This document shows, piece by piece, positions 58,178-64,000 of a DNA stretch of 64,000 nucleotides. Origin of the DNA: Trueperaceae bacterium (GTDB taxonomy: Bacteria > Deinococcota > Deinococci > Deinococcales > Trueperaceae); NCBI GenBank assembly GCA_965213925.1, contig OZ243927.1:64001-128000 (forward strand). Reading direction: 5' to 3'. Both the position numbers and the translations under genes were made by a program. Below the pieces are notes generated by a model. The model was given only the letters and a program-made list of their open reading frames with translations. It was not told where the DNA came from and did no database searches. The stretch's first letter is position 1; each line of letters begins with the position of its first letter.

Positions 58178-60577
58178 CTAAACACTTACCTCTGACTGCA
58201 CCCTGAACGGGTGACTTTTAGGAAGCTGATTCTGATGCTGCTTGATGTTGTCGGGATGTCCGGTGACTTCGAAGAGATACATCGCCTCTTGCCACGCCTC
58301 GAAATCTTCGTTTAGCTCTGCAAGGTTAGCGAGTGTCGTCGCAATAACGTAGGAGTCTCCCGCTTTCTGCGCATGTTCGTACGCCTGTAAATACGCCCCT
58401 TCCGCCTCACGTAAGTCGTTCATCTTATGGCAGTCGCCCAAATTGTTCCAAGCCACAGCCATCGTCGCAGGGTCACTGACTTCCTCAGCCAAAGCGATAA
58501 CGCCTCGGTATATCTCTATCGCCCTTTCAAATTCTTTGAGGTTCTCGTACACGCACCCGAGATTGATAAGCACCATCGTACGCAACTCCGGGTTTGTTCC
58601 TGCCGCCGCCAACGCCTCCCGGTACGCTTCTTCCGCATCCTCACCTGCACTGCTCTGCGCTACCGCTGCGTTGTTGAGCGCCCCCACCCACCGCGTCTTC
58701 TTCCCGACTGCCAGCCACAACGCCGCCGCCCGCCTGAACTGCTTCGCCGCCTCTTCGTACTTACCTTTTGAGAACGCCACGTTCCCCAACACATTCTGCC
58801 CCTCCGCCCGCGCCTCGATACTCCCTTTAAGTGCGATTTCCGCCGACCTCTTCGCCTCTTGCGGATGACCCAAGCGGTAGTGAAGCGTCGCTCTAAGCGC
58901 CAGCACTTCAGGTGTTTCGGCGAGGTTTTGGATGCAGGCGAACGCTTCTTGATAGCGACCTGAGCGCTCTAAGGCGCGACCTTTCAAAAAGGTCACGGGG
59001 CGCGTGTCGGGGGCGTCTTGGAGGGTTTCAAAAGCGCGTTGCGGAAAGCCGCGACGCAAGAGTTCTTCCGCCCAGGCGAGGTACGCACTAACAACATCGG
59101 CTTCGTCCTCTTGCGCCCAAAGAGGTCTCGAGCGTTTATAGAGCGGAAACGCCTCGACGCCCGATAAGCAGCGGGCGAGTTGCAGCGACAGGGGACCTAA
59201 GCGGGTGGGGTGCGCTTCTAAGAGTTCTAGCGCGACGCGGCGCACGCGCACCTTGCCCGAAGGCTCGACGAGACCGGCGGCGAGCAAGGACTCGAGCGCT
59301 TCAGCCATCGCTTTGGCATTGAGGGACAGTGCGCGGCGCACGAGCGCGGTGTCCGGGTCGGCGTCGTCTAAAAGGGCGAGCGTCAAGTAGACCTCTTTGG
59401 CGGTGGCGGGCAGGGCGGCGAGTTGGGCTTCCAACGCTTTTTCAGGCGGTTCGCCGCGCAAGAAGGCTTCGACCAAGGCGGGAACGCCTTGGGTGTGTTC
59501 CCACGCGCCGGTGTGCTTTTCCAAAGCGCGTTCGGACAAGGGGGACAGCTCGAGCCGCATATCCACCCCGAACGGCGGGTTCTCGCGTGAGGCGATGACG
59601 AGGCGGGCTTTCGGGCGGAGGTCATGAAGCTTGCGCAGGAGCGCTTGACTGGCGGTGTCCACGTTCTCCCAGTTGTCGACCAGCCAAAAGCCCTCCAGCT
59701 TAGCCAGCGTCTGCAGCACCGCACCCTCGCCCTCTTGGAGTGTCGCGCCTACGAGGGGTTCCAGCGTCGCGTAGGGCAACCCGGAACGTCCGGGCAGGTA
59801 GGTTCCTTGCGCACTCTTGAGGAGCGCCGTCTTGCCTATGCCCGCGCCGCCGCAGACCCAGGCGCATTCGCCCCTAGCCAAGGTCAGGAGCCGCGCCGCT
59901 TCGCTCTCGCGCCCGACGAGCACGCGCTGGAGCCGCGCCCTCGCGTCGCGCGGAGAGAACACGAGCGTGACGCCGTACCCCTGCGCCTCCGCTTTAAGGT
60001 GCGCCGCTAGCGGGTGGTCGCCCGCTTGTAGAAGGAGGTAGAAGCGGCTCAGGTCTTCGGGCTCGCTCTCCGGTGCGCCGGGCAGCGTGAAGGCACGTTC
60101 AGCGCGCGCCGCCGCCCCGGTAAAACGTCCTTGGGCGGCGCCATTTTCGGCTAGGCGCAGTGCGGCATGTTGAACCCGCGCCGCGAGGTCCTCTCTCGAG
60201 GCGTAGACCCATTCCTCTAGCTCGGGGCTCCAGTCGGAGAGGTAGACGCCCTCTAGGAACGCGCCCGTGTAGAGCGTCAACGCCCGCTCTGCGTCGCCAC
60301 GCTCTAACGCTCCTAAGAGGTCCGCTACATCCGAGGAGAAGGCGGGCCATACGCGCAATTCGTCCGCTTCCAAGGTGCCCGGCGCACCCTTGCGGAGCCG
60401 ACTGAGCGCCGCCGAAAGGCTGTTCAGGTGACTGCTCGCGCTAGGCCAGAAGAGTTCGGCTAAGTAGCGCCGCTCCTTTGGACCCTCCAGGGCAAGATAC
60501 GCCAGCAACAAGAGCGGTTTGACCCGCGAAAAGTCGCCGTCCTCAAAGCGAAGCCCCCCCAAGGTCAAGAGCTTCAT
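58178..60577 (-). CDS. SARP/AfsR-like regulator: wHTH-BTAD, P-loop NTPase (STAND-like), TPR repeats
   Basis: KPLLLLAYLALEG...LAELFWP, LYTGAFLEG, GGAGIGKT, WLVDNWE, C-terminal TPRs (NVLGNV, NLG, WNNLG). Confidence 0.85.
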   Translation of the reverse strand: MKLLTLGGLRFEDGDFSRVKPLLLLAYLALEGPKERRYLAELFWPSASSHLNSLSAALSRLRKGAPGTLEADELRVWPAFSSDVADLLGALERGDAERALTLYTGAFLEGVYLSDWSPELEEWVYASREDLAARVQHAALRLAENGAAQGRFTGAAARAERAFTLPGAPESEPEDLSRFYLLLQAGDHPLAAHLKAEAQGYGVTLVFSPRDARARLQRVLVGRESEAARLLTLARGECAWVCGGAGIGKTALLKSAQGTYLPGRSGLPYATLEPLVGATLQEGEGAVLQTLAKLEGFWLVDNWENVDTASQALLRKLHDLRPKARLVIASRENPPFGVDMRLELSPLSERALEKHTGAWEHTQGVPALVEAFLRGEPPEKALEAQLAALPATAKEVYLTLALLDDADPDTALVRRALSLNAKAMAEALESLLAAGLVEPSGKVRVRRVALELLEAHPTRLGPLSLQLARCLSGVEAFPLYKRSRPLWAQEDEADVVSAYLAWAEELLRRGFPQRAFETLQDAPDTRPVTFLKGRALERSGRYQEAFACIQNLAETPEVLALRATLHYRLGHPQEAKRSAEIALKGSIEARAEGQNVLGNVAFSKGKYEEAAKQFRRAAALWLAVGKKTRWVGALNNAAVAQSSAGEDAEEAYREALAAAGTNPELRTMVLINLGCVYENLKEFERAIEIYRGVIALAEEVSDPATMAVAWNNLGDCHKMNDLREAEGAYLQAYEHAQKAGDSYVIATTLANLAELNEDFEAWQEAMYLFEVTGHPDNIKQHQNQLPKSHPFRVQSEVSV

Positions 60578-60747
60578 GCGCTCACTATAGCGGATTCACG
60601 TCCTTTTTTCACGTTTCAAAGGGTGAGCTAAGGCGTTTATCATCCGCTCGAGCCTCTAGCTTGACGAGAGCGAAATGCGTGCCAGCTTTTCTCCCACTTG
60701 GTGCACCGTCAAATAAAGCGGAATCCGTGTGAAATCCTCGAGACTCA

Positions 60748-60768
60748 CCGTTCGTCCCCGAAAGGGGA
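60748..60768 (+). mobile_element. 21-bp hairpin micro-element in a CTCA^TTGCTC site
   Basis: CTCA[CCGTTCGTCCCCGAAAGGGGA]TTGCTC. Confidence 0.7.
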
Positions 60769-60829
60769 TTGCTCGTTCCTCATCGCTCTTCGTTCATCAC
60801 AACACTATTCGACTTCGCGAACCCGAGTT

Positions 60830-61438
60830 TTATTTTTTATACGCCCACACCGCGTAGAGCGGGTCGCCCTGCTCGGGCTGGTGGTGTTGGCTATACGTCG
60901 AGCCGAACGCGGGCGTTTGCCCGAAGTAGCTCCGCACGAGCCGCACGTGCGAGGCGTCGTCGCCTGCGCGCCACGCGAGCACGGCTTTGGTCGGGAACAT
61001 GCGGTTGGAGAAGGTCACGATAAAGGGCGCGCCGGGCTTTAAGCTGTGGGCGACCTCAGCGAAGGTGTCGTCGGGGCGGGTCATGTACTGCACGCTCACC
61101 GTGCACACCGCGCCGTCAAAACGCTCGCTCTCAAAAGGAAGCGTCTCTGAGCGGTTGAGGTCGAAGACGAGAGGTTCGCTGACTAAAGGGTTGTTCGACA
61201 ACTCTTCTATGTTGAGACCTAAGCCCGTCACCGCCGCGAATTTGTCCGGCAGGTGCGAGACGTGGCTCGCCATGAGGTCTAAGACGCGACCGCCGGCGGG
61301 CAAAAGCTCATCATAGAGGTTATAAGCCGCACCTCTCGCCGCCTCGTCGATGTGCGTGACAAAGCGCGGATGCTGGTAGAAGTAACTGTCGGGACGCTCG
61401 TCCTGACGGCGAAAAAATTCAGGAAGAAGCTTGCTCAT
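60830..61438 (-). CDS. Class I SAM-dependent methyltransferase-like protein
   Basis: FY..PRFVTHID, VLDLMASHVSHLP, VSVQYMTRP, FSNRMFPTKA. Confidence 0.88.
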   Translation of the reverse strand: MSKLLPEFFRRQDERPDSYFYQHPRFVTHIDEAARGAAYNLYDELLPAGGRVLDLMASHVSHLPDKFAAVTGLGLNIEELSNNPLVSEPLVFDLNRSETLPFESERFDGAVCTVSVQYMTRPDDTFAEVAHSLKPGAPFIVTFSNRMFPTKAVLAWRAGDDASHVRLVRSYFGQTPAFGSTYSQHHQPEQGDPLYAVWAYKK

Positions 61439-61703
61439 GACCCTAGCCTGACCCTTTACGAGGCGATTAGCAGCAAGCCACCTCACGATTCTAAAGGTTG
61501 AACGTTAAGGTAAAGGAAGAGTGAGAAAATGCATAGGAGATGCCGTCGCTGCTGAATCTCGCACTAGTCCTCGCGCTGAGCACCGCCCTGAGTTGAGACG
61601 TCAGCCGCTGAGGTTTAGCTGACGAGCGCTCGAGGTGGGTGGTGCGAATAAAGCGCCGCGAAATACCCCTTAGGAATGGAGACCGGCACCGCAAAAATAC
61701 CGC

Positions 61704-62597
61704 TCAGCTTGCCTCGCTTAGTCCCGGCGCCGCGCCCCACGCGAGCTTAGTGCGCAAGATATCGAAGTAGTTGTGCTTGCCCGACGACACGAGAAAGAAG
61801 TCGGTGGGCGCGGCCGCCACGGTGAAGCGGTCGCCCTCTTGCAGCTCTAAGCGCTCCTGACCGTCCACCACGAGCGCCACCTCGTTGAGGGGACCTTGCA
61901 CGCAAAAGGAGACGCGCGAAGACCCCTCTAAAACCATCGGGCGGTTCGTGAGCGAGTGCGGCGCAATCGGCGTGATGACAAAGGCGCGCAGACCCTGCGC
62001 CAAGATGGGACCGCCCAGCGAGAGCGAGTACGCAGTCGAACCTACAGGCGTCGAGATGACGAGCCCGTCGGCTCGGTACTGCGAGGCGTGAAAGTTGTCG
62101 ACTGCCATGTCGATGCTGACAAGGCGCGTCATCACACCCTGCGAGATGATAACGTCATTGAGGGCGTAGCGCGTCGCCTCTTCCGACCTGCCGTTGAGTT
62201 GGAGGGCGACCTCGAGCATCATCTTGGGGTCTAAGCGCCAGCCCTCTTCGGAGGTGTCGCCGCTCAGGTACGCCCACAAATCCTCGGCGCTATGCTCCGC
62301 CAAAAAGCCCAGCTTGCCCAAGTTCACGCCCATCGTCGGCACAGCCGCGCCGACGAGACGCCGCGCTGTCGAGAGGAGCGTGCCGTCGCCACCGATGGAG
62401 ATGATGAGGTCGGCGTGGGCGGCGTCTTCGGCTAAGTGGAGCGTACCCTCGGTATCTTCGGTGACCTCCGCGCCCAGCGAGCGCAGTTTTCTCGCCGCCT
62501 CTGCAACGAGCTCGTGCGCCTGCGGTTTGTACTTCGAACTCGTGATGACCACGCGCTCTAGCGCGGCGGCAGGCGTGGCGAACGACTCCGAGTTCAC
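61704..62597 (-). CDS. nadK: NAD kinase
   Basis: GGDGTLL, NLGKLGFL, ALND, DGLVISTPVGSTAYSLSLGGP. Confidence 0.96.
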   Translation of the reverse strand: MNSESFATPAAALERVVITSSKYKPQAHELVAEAARKLRSLGAEVTEDTEGTLHLAEDAAHADLIISIGGDGTLLSTARRLVGAAVPTMGVNLGKLGFLAEHSAEDLWAYLSGDTSEEGWRLDPKMMLEVALQLNGRSEEATRYALNDVIISQGVMTRLVSIDMAVDNFHASQYRADGLVISTPVGSTAYSLSLGGPILAQGLRAFVITPIAPHSLTNRPMVLEGSSRVSFCVQGPLNEVALVVDGQERLELQEGDRFTVAAAPTDFFLVSSGKHNYFDILRTKLAWGAAPGLSEAS

Positions 62598-63277
62598 GCA
62601 CGCACCTTGCTTAGAACGGTCTCGACGACGCCCTCGAGCGTCAAATCCTGCGTCTCGATGTGAATAGCGCCGGGCGCGGGCGCAAGTTGCTTCGCGTCGC
62701 GCTCGTCGCGCAGCTTCAACGCTCGGGCAACCTCTTGCAAGCTCATATCGCGCTCGCCCACGCGCCGCGCCGCCCGCACCTCAGCCGGGGCGCTCAGGTA
62801 GAACTTATGCGCCGCATTCGGAAACACGACCCTGCCCATGTCGCGCCCTTCGATCACGAACGAGCCGCGAATCTCCCTGAGCCGCGCGTTGACCCACGCG
62901 CGCACGCCAGGGTGACGAGCGACGGCGGAGACGTTCGCATCTACCGACGTGGTGTGAAGCCGCGCGGAGACGTCCTCGCCGTCGAATAGAACACGGTCGG
63001 GCGCACCTCGGCGGGCGATAAGTTCGACGTCGTGTCGGCCTAAAAAGGCGAGCACGGCGGCTTCGTCTTCTGGGTTGACGTTATGCTCCAGGACTATATA
63101 GGTTGCGGCGCGGTAAAGGAGACCGCTCGAGACAAAGGGCACGTCCAGCGCCTGCGCCACGCGCCGCGCCACGCTCGACTTGCCCGAGGCAGCAGGACCG
63201 TCTAAGGTCACAATCAACCTGCTGCTCTTTTGGTCATCCTCACCGTCCACGCGCCTCACTTCACCAAGTACGTCCAT
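62594..63277 (-). CDS. cmk: Cytidylate kinase
   Basis: LDGPAASGKSS, GLLYRA, EGRDMGRVVFP; start set at the ATG behind a TATAAT box. Confidence 0.95.
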   Translation of the reverse strand: MDVLGEVRRVDGEDDQKSSRLIVTLDGPAASGKSSVARRVAQALDVPFVSSGLLYRAATYIVLEHNVNPEDEAAVLAFLGRHDVELIARRGAPDRVLFDGEDVSARLHTTSVDANVSAVARHPGVRAWVNARLREIRGSFVIEGRDMGRVVFPNAAHKFYLSAPAEVRAARRVGERDMSLQEVARALKLRDERDAKQLAPAPGAIHIETQDLTLEGVVETVLSKVRA

Positions 63278-63365
63278 AAAGTGCATTATAACCCGTCACT
63301 CCGCGCGCGCTAAGCGCGTCACCTCTTGCATAGGGACGATTTTTAGGATAGCTGCGACGTCGGCT

Positions 63366-64000
63366 TCATAGTGCCGCGAGCACCTCGAAAAACTCAGGGA
63401 ACGTTTTGCGCACGCAGCTCGGGTCTCGAATGACGATGCCCGGCACCTTCAAGCCGATCAGCGCAAACGCCATCGCCATGCGGTGGTCGTCGTAGGTGTC
63501 GATCTCTACGCGCGAAGAGGGAAAGGTCTCGAGTGGATGGACGACGATGTAATCTTCGCCCTCTTCCACCTCCGCGCCCAGCTTGCTCAGCTCGGTATAG
63601 AGCGCTCGCAGCCGGTCAGTTTCCTTGATGCGCAAGTTCCAGATGTTCGTGATGCGCACCGGGCTGTTCGCGAAAAGCGCGACGACGGCGAGCGTCTGCG
63701 CCTGGTCGCTCATGTCGTTGAGGTCGAAGGTGCCACCCTTCAACGTTCCTTCGGGCGCGGCGACTTCGCAACGCTCATCGGTCCAGGTCACAGCGCAGCC
63801 CATCTCGCCCAAAACGTCAGCCAAGCGCTTATCGCCTTGCGACGAGCGCTTGCCTACATTCTCAACCCGCACGCGCCCTCCAGTGATCGCCGCCGCCGCC
63901 CAAAAGTACCCTGCCGCCATCGCGTCCCCTTCGACGCGGTAGGTCTGCGGCTGGTATGTCTGTGGCATGACGGTGAAGCGCTCGTAGCCCTCGCGCTCGA
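63366..64000 (-). CDS. aroA: EPSP synthase, 5' part outside window
   Basis: VEGD, QGD, LRIKETDRL, TYDDHRMAM, CVRKTFPEFF. Confidence 0.96.
   Translation of the reverse strand, partial: EREGYERFTVMPQTYQPQTYRVEGDAMAAGYFWAAAAITGGRVRVENVGKRSSQGDKRLADVLGEMGCAVTWTDERCEVAAPEGTLKGGTFDLNDMSDQAQTLAVVALFANSPVRITNIWNLRIKETDRLRALYTELSKLGAEVEEGEDYIVVHPLETFPSSRVEIDTYDDHRMAMAFALIGLKVPGIVIRDPSCVRKTFPEFFEVLAAL

Noticed and set aside
57864..58181. Plus-strand ORF with LLMPSLLLIPS repeats
   Set aside because: Antisense of the DGINKR peptide; repeat variation is synonymous only on the minus strand, which also has the RBS
61540..61600. 18-aa hydrophobic mini-ORF MPSLLNLALVLALSTALS (type I toxin-like)
   Set aside because: AGGAG abuts the ATG with no spacer; no antisense partner or other support

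Overview
GC-rich bacterial chromosomal window, probably Deinococcota (Trueperaceae-like). This is inferred from gene content, -10 boxes placed just before start codons and a wHTH/BTAD-NTPase-TPR regulator; it was not verified by any search. Contents from left to right: (1) a LacI-controlled arabinose/galactan-type sugar locus with araB, an ABC transporter, an internally deleted GH43, a PhyH-like dioxygenase, a GH42 and a MITE-disrupted AraC gene; (2) a Ca2+/Na+ antiporter, a five-gene TerD/TerA array and the Ter-associated biosynthetic module (ATP-grasp, PRTase-TRSP, HAD, StiP/PELOTA, citrate-lyase-like); (3) scattered glycosyltransferases and a flippase, a MITE-disrupted arsA-like pseudogene, mutS2, a TetR-P450-SMR unit, a hydroxyproline-dehydratase/peptide-ABC unit, a frameshifted dinB, a Phd-VapC toxin-antitoxin pair, alkA, GH15, nrdR, NAD kinase, cmk and partial aroA. 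No rRNA, tRNA, CRISPR array or transposase was seen. Two observations stand out. First, a 61-aa ORF ends in four DGINKR repeats that differ only at synonymous positions and lies directly behind a STAND-like TPR regulator, a candidate peptide/sensor system. Second, intergenic DNA holds layered non-autonomous repeats: MITEs and heptamer repeats carrying 21-24 bp hairpin micro-insertions, some nested inside one another, with filled and empty sites both visible in the window.
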